From positions 1-32,375 of the forward strand of contig ML002424.1 of NCBI GenBank assembly GCA_003614675.1: a stretch of 32,375 nucleotides of DNA, given 5' to 3'. Made by a program: the position numbers and the translations under genes. Under the pieces are notes generated by a model. The model had not been told where the DNA came from. It searched no databases and saw nothing but the letters and a program-made list of their open reading frames with translations. Numbering within the stretch: position 1 is the stretch's first letter; every line of letters starts with the position of its first letter. Shown one piece after another: positions 1 through 12,264 of this stretch. This stretch comes from Dimargaris cristalligena. Taxonomy: Eukaryota.

Positions 1-420
1 TTTCGAAGTTCAAGTGCCTATTTTTACTTATCAATTGAAGTATTCTATCATTTTACTTGTCTTTTATCAAATACCAATATTCGTTGCATCTATCGATTCT
101 ATTTCAACATTGTTCCACTGAGTACAGTTAGCTATAGCAGAGTTCCGACCTAACTCAGCATCCCTACTTTTCCTTCGCCTATAAAAACCCCAGTTCCGCC
201 GAACTGGGGAAAAAAAGAAGCTAAGTCCAAGTAAAGTGTAACGAAGCAAGTTATACTCCAGCCAGCCGTTCATAGTTATATATATATTTCTTATTTCTTA
301 TAAACCTCGAATTAGCCGATTTACCTCGCACATTATTTTCAACTCTCTTATTTTTCACTTAGTCTATTATTTTCATATTGCTCTATTTCTTTTTAGTAAA
401 TAAATTTGTAAAAAACCACA

Positions 421-600
421 ATGTCTTTCTCACCGCAAAGCGCTTCTACAACCCCACCATTGGCTCCACTACAATCTGCCAATAACGAGATCCCTGATAG
501 TGGTTCGAACCTCCCGCCGATTTTCCCGGCTTTTTCCCCCCATGACGTAATCCCCGACCTAACCGGTCCACCGAGTCTCGGCATTACACATATACACTGA
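421..600 (+). CDS. Possible 59-aa Pro/Ser-rich small ORF or 5' remnant of a decayed gene (MSFSPQSASTTPPLAPLQS...GITHIH*)
   Basis: ATG at 421 in a strong context (AAAAAACCACAATGTCT). It follows a TA run at ~277-287 and a T-rich leader, and GC rises locally. Frame is open to TGA 598-600. Below the ORF-track cutoff; no recognisable homology. Confidence 0.25.
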   Translation: MSFSPQSASTTPPLAPLQSANNEIPDSGSNLPPIFPAFSPHDVIPDLTGPPSLGITHIH

Positions 601-2160
601 AGCGTCTAAAAAGGATGCGGATGAGGCATGTTAAATATGGATGAAATTCAAACCAGCTATATAAGGTTTTACATAATACGTGTATGGGTGAACATATGTG
701 AGAATAGCTTTTAACCAGTAATATTGGCCTCATCCAATGTATTTTTCGTTATACAGCCTGAATGAACTCCCATATGTTGAAAGTCCAGGACAAAGAGGCA
801 TGGTTTCCCTCATTCTATTTTTTTGTGCGAGAGCTTCGTGTGGTCGGACAACCCTCCTTCTTGACATGATCGGCACACTAACTCAGTGCTTGTTCAGCAG
901 TTGCTATAAGATACCCGGACGTTCGTCAAGAAACTTAAGCCAATTCCCTCGCTTGCCAACTTTGCCACTCGGGCGCACTAATCTCCCAAAGGGGAATATG
1001 GAAGTCTCTACAGCTGTGCATTGGGGACATTACCCCTGTATATTCAATGTGACAAATTTACACTTGGGTAACACAGTAACCTACTAATAAGGTGGTGTAG
1101 ACGAGGGGGCGGCTGATCTATACTTTCGAACATTTAATAGCACTGGTATGCCATAGTCTGACTGAATAACGAGAAATCTATTTTGTGTGGTCATTTGAAA
1201 TTGATCTGAAATAATGCCCCGACTATTAAATTGTTTACGTTTAATCCAAAATTCCATACAAGTATGGCTTATTTTCCCTATACTAGCTGGCTAAATTCCA
1301 CGGCAGTATAATCGTTTGAGTAGAGGCTAATTTATCTGAGAGCCCAAATTCTTGGCAGTTGGACCAGGCCAAAACGATAAAGACGCGCCCTAATGCCTAT
1401 TTTGTGTACTATATTCAAAATCTCTGATATAGGTTTTGGCCTTTCACATATCCCTATATTAAACTTAGTTTCTAGGGGGTCAATGGTTTCTTGTAAAGAA
1501 CTACCCACTTATAAACTTTATAACTTCAAGTTCATTCAAATTCCTTATTATGATTCCCATATATAATCCAAATCCTGTGCATGGTATTCCGCATTGTTAA
1601 ACCAAAGCCCCCTCTCCTTACCATTGTCTAAGGTAGTTATTGACCAACCCCTCCCCATGGTAAGATTAAATAGCGAGTATGTACGAGTGGTTTATTAATA
1701 GAATCCCTGCTAATTGGCGTAGTGGTCTCGGGCTATACCCTTGTAATGGCCTCGGGGCCAGTAGGTGTCAAGGGTGGAGTAGGCACGTGTGGGGTGGCCT
1801 GGCCGTAAGTCCTTTTACAGAGGTTTCCAGGCTGGTACTTGGTATCCCCGGTGGTTCAGTAACACCTAGTCTAATGCTGGATAGTTATACCTCCCCTCCA
1901 CTAGAACTCAAAGGTATCTCTTCTATGTTGATTCTCCAAATACTACACTCATATCCAAGCCAATCGCCGGATTGCTAGGGACAGAAATAAGGTGGTTGAC
2001 CTACAACAACAAAAAAGACAAGGTGGAAAGAATCCTTAGCTCAAATTAAAATACGACCACGGAAATACTGATATATCTTTAATCATTCGGCTATAATATA
2101 AAAAAATTAAATAGAGTCACTACCAGGCTTCAGTGTGAGTTATGTTGAAGCAGTAGGCCC

Positions 2161-5100
2161 TTATACACAAGCTGCCCCGTCATCCTCAGACAAACGAGTG
2201 CCCTCATCGATAGAGCATTCGGTGAGCACGAGTGTATCATTCTCATCGACGCATAAAGTATCGTCCTTTAGCTTCTTGGCCTTATTAAAAGCGAATACAG
2301 CGAGCGTCGATTGCGCAGGTCGTTTGCGGGACTCGGCATCGGCTATGTTGTCAGCAGCGGCTGCATCCGTGGTGGAGGTGTCATCTAAGAAAGCCCAGAA
2401 TAGTGATAATGAAATATTCGTTTGTGTAAGGCAATAAAAATTAATGCATTGGTTAGTGTAATTTAAGGATAGTTCGCAAATTTCATTCAGTCAGACTACA
2501 TGGCCATTTGCATGGTATTAGGATACCTATTCAAGCATAACGTAAATAGCAACTGAATGTATCCATAGGCCATATATAGCCAACGACTCGTATTAGGAAC
2601 CTACTAAAAGTAAGGGAACCAGGAGCATACCTTTGCTTTGCATTAGGTGATCAACAGCATTAAAAAAACTGTTGCCCCGTGGGATCACTTCTGGTTCAAG
2701 TGCTGCTGCTACGACTGGCTTCTTAACCGCAAAGGGGTTTCGACTAACGATGGATGTGGGTTTACGAGGCGATTCAGAAGCTAGCTCAGACTGGGCAGCC
2801 ATACCCCCCATCCGACTCGACATTGGACTGCGTACATCTGAATCGTCTACCGGAGCCCGGCGGCTCTGGCCAGGAGCGGGGCGATTCAGGGCTGAGTTCA
2901 GACTTGGTCCCGGCGTGTATTCAACAGCTGATTGAGTTACGGGTGGTTCACGAGCGGGGCGGGGGGATCGTGGATATATCATTGTCGTTGACGCTGGAGG
3001 TGGGTTCCGATAAGACTGGGTCACCGGGGGGTTCAATGATTCTTCGTCGTCGATAAATTTGGTCTGCTTAACCAAATTAATACGCTCCGCCAAGGTGGGA
3101 TAGCGGTGGAACATGGCGATTTTGACCGCAGCATCGATGGATTTGGGTAAGTGCAGTAGGGAGGTCAAGTCTAGGGCCCGGTAGATTCGGTCAGCCTTAC
3201 AGGCGGCCTGGATGAGCTGCAGGGTAAGTTTATCTTCCTGAAGGAACTCGCGCAGCACGGCGGGATCGGTTGCACTTAGGGCGGCTTGGGAGTTGGGCTC
3301 GGGGGCCAGTGGATCGGTTCGTTGGTTAATGGCGAATAGGGATGCCCGCAGGAGCCGCTCCTCTAGCTGAGATACCGCTGCGTCGTGATTCAGGAGGGGC
3401 ATCCGCAGATCCAGTTGGGTTAGCAGGGGCCGGGGAACCACCGGAACGGGCGGTGGTCGGCGGAGCGTATAGCGAAGTCCACGGCGGCGTTGGGACTTGG
3501 TGGCTTTGCGGGACGGTGACGGGCATAGCACCCCACTAACTTGAGTGGATGAAAAGCCAACCACCCAGAGCCATTGGTCCGACTGCACACGGGCGTTCGG
3601 ATCGTGCGTCAGCTGCTCTTCGTCGGCACTGGGTATCGTCACCGAACCATCCCATATAGGGACCCATTGCCCCTGTCCGGGTAAGCGGAATTTATCCAAA
3701 ACCAAGAGATTACCCCGGGTATCGTAAAGGGCCGGGATATCGGTATCGTCACTGAAGCCCGCCCATTGAAGGCCCACCTCTTCAGGAAGGGGGATGGCTC
3801 CTTGTTGGGAAAGTACTTTTTTTTCGGCGTCGAAGAGCCGGTAGTACAGCGAGGTCCCCGACCCCCCCTGGTATACCACCAGAAAATTGGGTCCCCCGCC
3901 AGCGAGGCATACAATGTCCGGACTGATGGTATAAATGGCCAACTGAAGCCCACTGCTGGTGAAGACACGCAAAAAGCCCTGGGAGGTCACTATAGCCGAG
4001 TGAGTGGAAGTCATGGATAGCGCCAATAATTCTTCGCCCATCGGAAGTCGATAAAGCCAATCGCTGTTAGCGGCCCAACTTTCGTAGGGCCGGTAGGATA
4101 TCAGGCTAGGCTCGTCAGCCGTAGCCTCCGTACCGAATAGAACCCCGCGTTCGGACAATGAGGCCATCGAGAATTTGTAGTGGTCGGTAAAATGGAAGCT
4201 GCGGTGCAGGGCCTTATCGTGGAAATCGACATTGATAGTGTTGTGGGTATCGTGATCGATGGCGGAAACGATTCCAATCATGTTATAGGCCAGGATACAC
4301 CGGTTCAGAGCAAAGGGGGTAGAGCCGGGTTGGAAATACGGATGATCGAAGCTCTCTGACTTGCCCGAACTGCGGGTCCGCCGATCCTCGAGCTGAAGGC
4401 CGTGAGGCTCAGGAGCAACGGAAACCTGCTCGAACGAGTCACCTCTAGAGTTGGTAACCTCAATCCCATCGGCGATACCGTTGTCGTGGACAATGAAGTC
4501 TTCAATGTCGGAGTCACTATCGGATGCAATGATAGCTAGCGAGGCAACTAAATAGTATACCGAGATGAGTGTATTATTAGACATCCAATACAACCCAATC
4601 CAAGCTTATTAAAATGCATAAATATATAATATAGCGAGAAATATTTACCTTTATCCTTGACCGATGCGATGTCGGGTTTAGCCGTCGAAGCGAGGAGGTT
4701 GGAATTAGGTTTGACGGCGGAGCCGGATGCAATCGGAATGTGAGGCAGCACAAGGTCGTTGGCGTTGGGGATTACGTCGTCCCAAATAGTCAGCATGCCT
4801 TGAACATCGGTCATGGCCAAAATATTACCCTTGGGGTTCCAGGCAACGTGCGATAGTCCCGCCTGGTGTTTATCGTGAAATATGGGGGTTTGTTTGAGGG
4901 TGTCCCAAATCACGAACCCACCCTCGGGGTCGATTGAAACTAAGTAAGCGCCATTGCTAGACCAGTCGCAACGCGATACGGGAGCCTGGTGTTGTTTGGC
5001 TAAGCACGCCGCTGATTTCCAAGTGGACGTGTCATAAATTGTAACATCATTATTATGGGTGGGAATAGCTAACCACTGACCACGCGGGTGCCACTGCAAT

Positions 5101-5860
5101 TTGCAAGTGGAAGACTCGCTCTTATTTCCAGGGGTCACACAGGGCAGAGTTTTGATACATGTCGGATGACTCAAATCCGAATAGTCCCAAATACGGACAG
5201 TACCCTCGCCATCCACGGAGGCCAGGCGGGGCTCCGCGGGATGAAATGTCAATGAGTGAATGGAGCGAGTATGTCCCTTTAGTCGCAGGGTCTGGGAAAT
5301 ATTATTGATGCGGACCATAAGGAGAGTTTCTTCTTCATCGCACGCAATACCAACCCACTCGCGGTCAGAGCTTACTTCGAGGTCCCGGACCGGGGCGGTA
5401 GTCCGGGCGATCATTGACTGGTATTCGAAAGACGGGTAGTCATAAACGACAACCGTGCGATCTTCCGAACCAACTATAACCGCGTGATCGGTCACTGCCA
5501 AACAGGTGATTGAGTCGGACTGGGCTTCCATGGTCTGGGTCTCCCGATCGCGGGCCTCGGGAGCGGTTTCGAAACTACGAACTAAGAAGTCAGCCCCACC
5601 TGTAATGATATGGCTGAGAACAGGAGGGGGAGGGGTAGAAGGAAGGAAGGGATATACAGTAGGAAACAGTGTTGTTCGTTAAAACATACGGTCGCTATGA
5701 ATAGTGGAGGCTATGGTGGAGGCCCAGGACGGCTCAGGCCGTTCATTCGGAGGAATCGGTTTCGCGTAAACGCTTACCTGCCATTGGCCGAAAACCGGAC
5801 AGGACATTGTCCTTCGGTATGCGCAAAACGCGGCAGTAGATCTGCTAGATGGTCTGGCAT
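2161..5860 (-). CDS. CTF4: Replisome hub protein Ctf4/Mcl1/AND-1 (N-terminal WD40 propeller + SepB domain), 4 exons: 5860-5778, 5613-4649, 4547-2631, 2384-2161; 1062 aa
   Basis: Exon 1 RFAHTEG joins exon 2 HIITGGADFLVRSF and further WD40 repeats (LKGHTRSIHSLTFHP, DGEGTVRIWD). SepB hallmark HPYFQPGSTPF..RCILAYNMIGIV..INVDFHD. Helical DKLTLQLIQAACKADRIYRALDL...AAVKIA. Donors GTAAG/GTAAAT/GTATG and CAG/TAG acceptors keep frame (83+965+1917+224=3189 nt). Confidence 0.93.
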
Positions 5861-6409
5861 GCTAGCGACACTAAAATAGATTCGCTGGGTAACCGCGAAG
5901 GTTGAAGGGTAATGACAGCGGCTAAGAAGGTAGAGAGGGATAAAAAAGCGGGAAAGTATAGGGTACCGAATGGTGAAGTGAATAATTCTTGCAGCTCGGT
6001 CCGATAAAAGCAAAGCCCCCTGCTAGTCACTTCCAGTCGAGTATACTAACTATAACACGAAGGGATTTATAAGGAAAGTGATTAGTGAAGCCGACCATTT
6101 CACTAAACAAGCCCCAAGAGTCGACGCGCTATCTATTTTGTTTACCCAAGCTCTATTCTGCTTACTAGAATTCTTTATATAATGTTTATATGTTGTGATA
6201 AAACCCATAACAAAAGTAAGGAGGTGGGTTATATGTCAATAGTTACACAATTTGGCTTCACCGTTCATACTGGGGATTATAAAAATAATCACGTGATTGG
6301 AAATATCTCATAGAAAATGGCTAATTGGGAGTCTAAAGCGGTGTTCTATTCCCTACTTACAAGATAAAATAAGAAGTGACAAGTTGAACAAATGTTAGGC
6401 ATGCTCAAT

Positions 6410-7580
6410 AATTTGAGACGGGCGAAATGCAGCCCAGCTGTATAACGCTTTACATAAGATGAAAATGGGAAGATAGACGGGTGATTCAGTTGTCCCCAGT
6501 TAGGTTTACCTAGTCCAGGGGATTTTAGCCTTATACCGCCTGGGTGAACCTCTCCCGTATGTTTTCTGTCCTCGGGGCCGAATATAAGTAGTTACAATTT
6601 AACAATCGAGTCAATCGTCCTGCCGATGGTCACAATCAGTGATAATCCTCAAGGTAATTCTTTTTGATTACCGCAGTCTAAACCGACCGATTTTTATTTT
6701 GAGCGGATAGTGGGCGCCATGAGGTCAATCAATATGTTTATATTTTATCCAGTAGGGTGTGGATTGTAGTCCTCCATCTCTTTAACCATTGGATATATTT
6801 TTTCGGTCGTTTTCGAACCCTCCATCATTTATAAATTACGGTCAGACTTTAACAGCAGTCTGCCTATAATCTCCACTTGGTGATCTATAAACCACACCGA
6901 TTTTTATAATAACCCTTCCCATCCCCTCCTTCATCCAACGACTCGTTCCCCATGAAGGTCACCCGCGTATTCACCATGGCCTTTTTCGTCGCCGCGGTCG
7001 CTTTCCTAGTAGCATCCCGGGTGACAGCCGCCCCAGCTATAGCCAAAGTAGACCTACCCCTTCCAGTATCCGAATGGATCGCCGTATCGCCGTCTGGGGC
7101 ACTCGCCTCGCTGACCCGTCGCAAAATCACTATTTACGCCGATCATCTTTATGTACCCATCAGCACTAAGAATATCTTTAACGGTGGCTCACACAGGTTA
7201 GATTGGTAATAACTCGGAGTATTCTAGTTAACCCATGCAACTAATATGGAGCCACTCTCTCCTCGAAGGGATCCTTTCTAGGCGGCGAAAGCCCCGCCCT
7301 GATGACGGGATGATTACTCCTTTCAACATTAGTGATTGATTGTAACTATTGATTTCTGGAATCCATATAATCATCATTAATAAATAGCTGGTATTGATAA
7401 TACTGTTGCTTGGAAGCCTTCATCAGAGTCACTGGTTCTATATTGTGATCTAGTTATCAGATGAAACTAAAGGAGGTCGTATAAGTATTACACCTATTGT
7501 AGTAATCACAAATAGTCTACATTGTCGTTAACTCTAGTACCGATTATTGTTAGAAATCCTTAAGGAATATCGATACTACT
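6410..7580 (+). repeat. Copy A of a duplicated block (upstream region + small secreted peptide gene + 3' flank); paralogous to ~22510-24310
   Basis: Shared tracts such as GGAAGATAGACGGGTGAT (6468/22607), GTGAACCTCTCCCGTATG, GGATAGTGGGCGCCA, ATATTTTATCCAGTAGGGTGTG and TAACTATTGATTT (7343/24074). Similarity continues to ~7550/24280. Ends approximate. Confidence 0.88.
6952..7209 (+). CDS. Small secreted prepropeptide, paralog A (signal peptide, pro-region, LTRR Kex2-type site, 28-aa mature peptide)
   Basis: MKVTRVFTMAFFVAAVAFLVASRVTA|AP signal-peptide pattern. First 57 aa are colinear with 23611-23943. TATA-like TTTATAAA at ~6828 and a pyrimidine-rich leader. Confidence 0.72.
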   Translation: MKVTRVFTMAFFVAAVAFLVASRVTAAPAIAKVDLPLPVSEWIAVSPSGALASLTRRKITIYADHLYVPISTKNIFNGGSHRLDW

Positions 7581-9795
7581 GGATGTAAAGGAAGAAATCA
7601 GCTAGAGGATATTCAATAATACCCCTAGGTGATTGGTATTATTGAATAGTGTAAGTGGTAGGGGGCATTTAAAGTGGTTAAAATGAGAGGACACATAATT
7701 AAATAAACTAGCGTAATTGGTCAGAAGCGGGGGAGAATAGTAGATTTATCTGGACATATTTTTCAATAACACAATCAACAGTCCCTACCCAAAGGGCCAG
7801 AGATGGGTAAAGTGTTAGGAATTCATTCCCCGTGCCCCACGGATTCTATATTCTAGACTACAGCGTCCCATACTCGGGACATCACGTTTATCTTGATTAC
7901 TTCTTTTATCTAATTCAATGAAACCAACCGCGGACATCTGGCCTCGCCATTCGCAGCTCTTTCTCTCTTCCATATATAGTTTAAGTTGCACTGGAAAGCA
8001 CTTACGTTTATCTATCGAGTTACCTTTCCGATATATATCGGGTCGTAATGAGCTGAGTCATTCGGCCATAGGGAGGCTTTTAGCCGCCTTAAATTATTTT
8101 TTATTTTAACCACCTACCTAGTGTTCCCGGCAGCTGCTGAAGCCGTTTCTATATTGACGGTCAAATCAGTCGGGGAGAGAGCAATCGAACACTCCTTCTA
8201 TCCAAACAAGAGGTAATTGGGCCTAGATGTCACGTGAGCATCACTTATTAAAAGGCGTATTTGGTGTAACCAGCATACAATTCCAAAGGTAATCGACCTG
8301 CATCTTTATTGAGGGCCTATTCGGGGTTGGATGCAATCAAGAGGAACTTGACAGCTTTTTGATATATCCCCGGATGTGGAAAGGTCACCTTTAGCTTAAT
8401 TTTTGGCTTATCAGCCAAGTATCCGAATTTGGGATGAGAGGGGGGGGGGCTTCTTATGGTGTATTTATCCCTCTTTCGCTACCCTGATGTATCCTTTTCT
8501 TGATGAACACCCCCAAAAAGACCCATTGGCATGAGTGCCTATTTAGCTTACCGATAGAATGTGCCATATTCTAAGTTCCTTCTTCCCGTCCTTAAGAGTG
8601 ATGAGACACGTCTCGCCACTGCGTAATATATAGTACAGCGAAGGACTTTGGTGACAATTCAAACTAAACTTTAATTTATATCAATAAAATCATAAATCGC
8701 CCCCCCCCAGATTTAGGCAAGTCAAATTATTCAGGTCAACAACTCAATTATTCTAAACAGTAAGGATCCGAAGGACTGGCCATGTAGTCCATTGTGTCCA
8801 GCCCAACCTAGTATGGTAAGTTTATCATGCCAACCACCTGACCGTAAATTGATTATGCTCCAGGTTTCCCTTCACTGAATAGAAGGTCTGGGGTTTTCTA
8901 ATTCACCCCTTAGGCTTAGACGGTACTCGGGAACCTGACTATAGGTAGTACATTATATATTGATATAGAAATATATTAAATTCATGATGGCGGCGAGTTG
9001 AGTATCAACACCCAATCAGGTATCTATCGAATGTCAGAAAATCCTTATCCGGTCCTCAATAATGTAACCCGCATCAACCATTATGAAGAGTGGCTTCTTT
9101 AACGGTCTTCGGAAAGGAAGACCTGTATGCTTTTTTTAACTCACTGGTCGCAGTTTCTTATCTTTAATAATGTAAGTGTACTTACGACCTAAATGGCAGC
9201 ATACCAACAATAATAATTGACAAACACAGCAGGCCCAGCCAAGATGTTGACAGTTTCTCTAAGCGTAGAGTATGGCCACGTGTGGGCGCCTACCTTGATA
9301 CCAGAAGCCCACTTGGACAGGGGATGGCTTGTTATGGTTTGGGGAATATCTGGAATACAGAGCAGGGCAGAGTAACGGGCGCATAGGGGCCATCATGCAA
9401 GTCCGTGATGTGGCAAACGCCACTGCATAAACCCACCAAAAAAATAATACAGCCAACGGAAAATTAAGACGACTGATGCAGTGGCACCATTGCTCCAAAC
9501 AATACTGCATTTGCTCGCCCAAAATGTCCCCCTGAATCGCCCAAATTATGGAAGCCATGGGTCATCTGCTACACACTCCTAACCAACCACTGGTTGGGAA
9601 AAGGGGAGCGCGGGGTTTTAATGGAAGTTGACTCTACCAAAGTATATAACAATTCGATGGATCTAAAAGAGAGCAATAGACACGTGTATCCCAAGCGGGC
9701 CAGTAATCTTTGGGTCTTGTTTTGGTTTTGGTTACCTAGTATCTAATATCTCCTCCACGTCCTTCCTTTAGTACGGCACGCCTCGTTCAAATTGA

Positions 9796-9803
9796 TATAT
9801 AAA
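9796..9803 (+). promoter_or_regulatory. TATA box upstream of the orphan ORF at 10071
   Basis: TATATAAA followed by a CT-rich tract (9831-9855) typical of fungal start regions. Confidence 0.45.
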
Positions 9804-10070
9804 GGCCGAAGGATGCGGCCCTACACGCATTCCTCACTCTTCCCTCTTTCCCTCAAATCCAACGATCATTAACACCCTTGTACTCCATATTGAATCTGTA
9901 TTACCTGAGGCCCGACACTCACCCTTCATTTAATTTATTGAGCACCGCTTATTCCCAGTCTTGGTCACATACCGTCAGTCACTTACCATACACTCCTTAC
10001 CTAGACCTTTCTAAATCCGTGTATTCCCATTTATTTCTCGATCAAAACCTCTCTTACCCCATTCGATATC

Positions 10071-10991
10071 ATGGTTTCCGCTGTTCCCCGATTCATGAGC
10101 TCGACCGTCTCGTCCCGTGCCCGGCGCGCGACCACCCCCAAACCCCCGGTTCCCAAGTGCACCCGTTCACCTCGCCCTTCCAATGTCCTAAAATCGACCA
10201 AGGTAGTTACGCCGCCCGCCTTCACCAACCCGGGTAGCGAGAGTACATTGTCCCCCACTCTAACCCCCTCTTCAACCCCAGCCCGCACTACGTCCCCAAC
10301 CATACATCAGTCAAAGGTTACCCCCTCGCAGCATTCTGCAACCGACCGACTCACCGCTAAACCAACTCACGCCGCCGTGGAGCTGCTCCAAAGACTACGC
10401 ATGCGCTACCGGTCCGACCTTCAGGATACCGCCATGGAGCGTGGCAACAACGGTCCCTGGGTAACGGCCTTGGGGACCATTGGCCTGTCGGCCACCGCCG
10501 AACGCATTACGCTACTTAACGAACTGTCCGGCGTCAATTTCGATTTGACCATGTCGGGTGGCCATTGTATTGCCGGGTGCATTCACGATCAGGGCCACTG
10601 CGACTTGGCCTGGTCTCCCTGGGCCACCAACGAAGGCAAGCATCTGCAGGTACCTTTCCCCTTGGCCCGCAACGACTTTGCCGCCAAGCTGACGGCCCCG
10701 ATTGTTTTAAAGGGACCCAAAACTACTCGCGACCCCATCCTCTGCGCTTTTTACGAATACGGGGTGCCCGTCGAGCTGGCCACGCGTCTGTGCCAACGTC
10801 CGTTACTGCGCGCGGCCCTGCGCTATGTATACGATTCGAAATTCCAGAAGGTAGCCATTCCGATGGACTTCACTTTCTACTTAAGTTTTCATATTCTCGA
10901 GCCGAGCCTGGGCGACGCGTTCGATCTATTTTACCATGTCCACGACTGCCTCGGACGGCGGCCATTGATATGCCGCAACTGGTCCCATTAA
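10071..10991 (+). CDS. Hypothetical protein, 306 aa; Ser/Thr/Pro/Arg-rich N-terminus plus a globular-looking C-terminal region
   Basis: Long GC-rich intronless ORF with C/G-ending codon bias like the neighbouring genes, an upstream TATA and an AT-rich 3' flank. Family not recognised. Confidence 0.7.
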   Translation: MVSAVPRFMSSTVSSRARRATTPKPPVPKCTRSPRPSNVLKSTKVVTPPAFTNPGSESTLSPTLTPSSTPARTTSPTIHQSKVTPSQHSATDRLTAKPTHAAVELLQRLRMRYRSDLQDTAMERGNNGPWVTALGTIGLSATAERITLLNELSGVNFDLTMSGGHCIAGCIHDQGHCDLAWSPWATNEGKHLQVPFPLARNDFAAKLTAPIVLKGPKTTRDPILCAFYEYGVPVELATRLCQRPLLRAALRYVYDSKFQKVAIPMDFTFYLSFHILEPSLGDAFDLFYHVHDCLGRRPLICRNWSH

Positions 10992-12264
10992 TGGACTATC
11001 TTATTTATTTTAATTTTTATTGCCCATATTTTATACATCACCTATACATTATTTATTAATTATTGTTCGTATATAACTCGGCATTTTCATCATAAGCCTA
11101 AACTAGCGTCATAGTGCATTGGTTCTGCACCCTAGTCTCATTTTATAACTGTATTTCTAAGCATCATGTACAATAAATTAACATGTCTAATTCAAGTAGA
11201 CACGATGATGTAGCGGACGAACTAACAAATAAATATTAGCTACTGAATCGCGGTGGTAATAGTACACTTCAATGCTAGATAGTCCCGAGGGCAGGAAACT
11301 ACAGCCTGGTTGTTTCGAGGCGGGAAGATGCATATATATAAAAGGACGGTCGTACGAGATATAGAATTAATAACATACTACTATGGGTAATAATATATGG
11401 TTTAAAAAATGCGAGGATCCTTAGACCTTGGAGTTCAAACGCAAAGGGCAACGTGTAGTTCTATGGACATCATAGCAATTGGCGTAATTTGGCGAGCGAA
11501 GCCAACCTGGTTATCCGGATACTTGGAGATAGCTTGGGCTATTAATTCAGGTAGGATCAAGAGACCTGGAACTAAATTGACCAAGGCTGTTGAACAATGT
11601 GAAAATAAACACGCTGAAGTAGTGACGGAGCAACACGGCTGGATATAGTAAACCTGTTAATGGCTAATTTTCGGCGTAGGACTGGTTGATCGTTGCCTTG
11701 GATATAGCGTGGTTGGAAATAAGTCAATTGCAGGTCATGTAGAATTGATAACATGAAAGCATTACATAATTCATTGGCCCAATTCGTTGGAGGTTCCTAA
11801 AATCCTTCCTGGCCGACATGTCCGCCAGGGCGTCAAGGAGTACTATATTTCTGATTTTGGAGGGCCAGTAAGCTTTTTAGTCAGTATATCTTTGAGTGTT
11901 TGCAGACCGGGGAATGTTAGCACCAGATTGTCCAAATAATCGAATATATTAGCTATTCTGCATTCCTATTAGCCAACATTGCTCACGCACTTGGTCAATA
12001 GGGGTTTCCCCTGTAGTATTAACGCCCAATTTTTGACGATAACCTATTCTAAGCACCCCATGAAGAATACTAAGCACCACCACTAACTATATTCTCTAGC
12101 AACTAGACATAAATAAATATGATTTGTTTATTTGAATTATGTAGGGGTAGTGAAGTTCAACAAGAAAAAGGGCATCCGGTAGGGGGCAGCCAATCGTTAT
12201 CCAATTAATTAAGAAACATACGGAGGCATAGGGGCAATCGATGCTATAAGTGTTTGTTGGTTTA

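Noticed and set aside
502-515. GGTTCGAACC resembling a tRNA T-loop/B-box
   Set aside because: No T-stem, cloverleaf or properly spaced A-box.
6287-6298. CACGTG E-box/Cbf1-type sites (also 8230, 13731) and ACGCG at 6124
   Set aside because: Short motifs occurring several times across the window; no evidence of function from sequence alone.
7281-7320. GAAA and CTGATGA close together, suggesting a hammerhead ribozyme in the 3' region of peptide gene A
   Set aside because: Order and spacing leave no room for stems I/III, no GAAA follows stem II, and the motifs are not kept in copy B (TTAATGA).
11808-11829. Near-perfect palindrome CCTGGCCGACATGTCCGCCAGG as a Helitron 3' hairpin
   Set aside because: No CTRR terminus at the expected distance on either strand; isolated occurrence.
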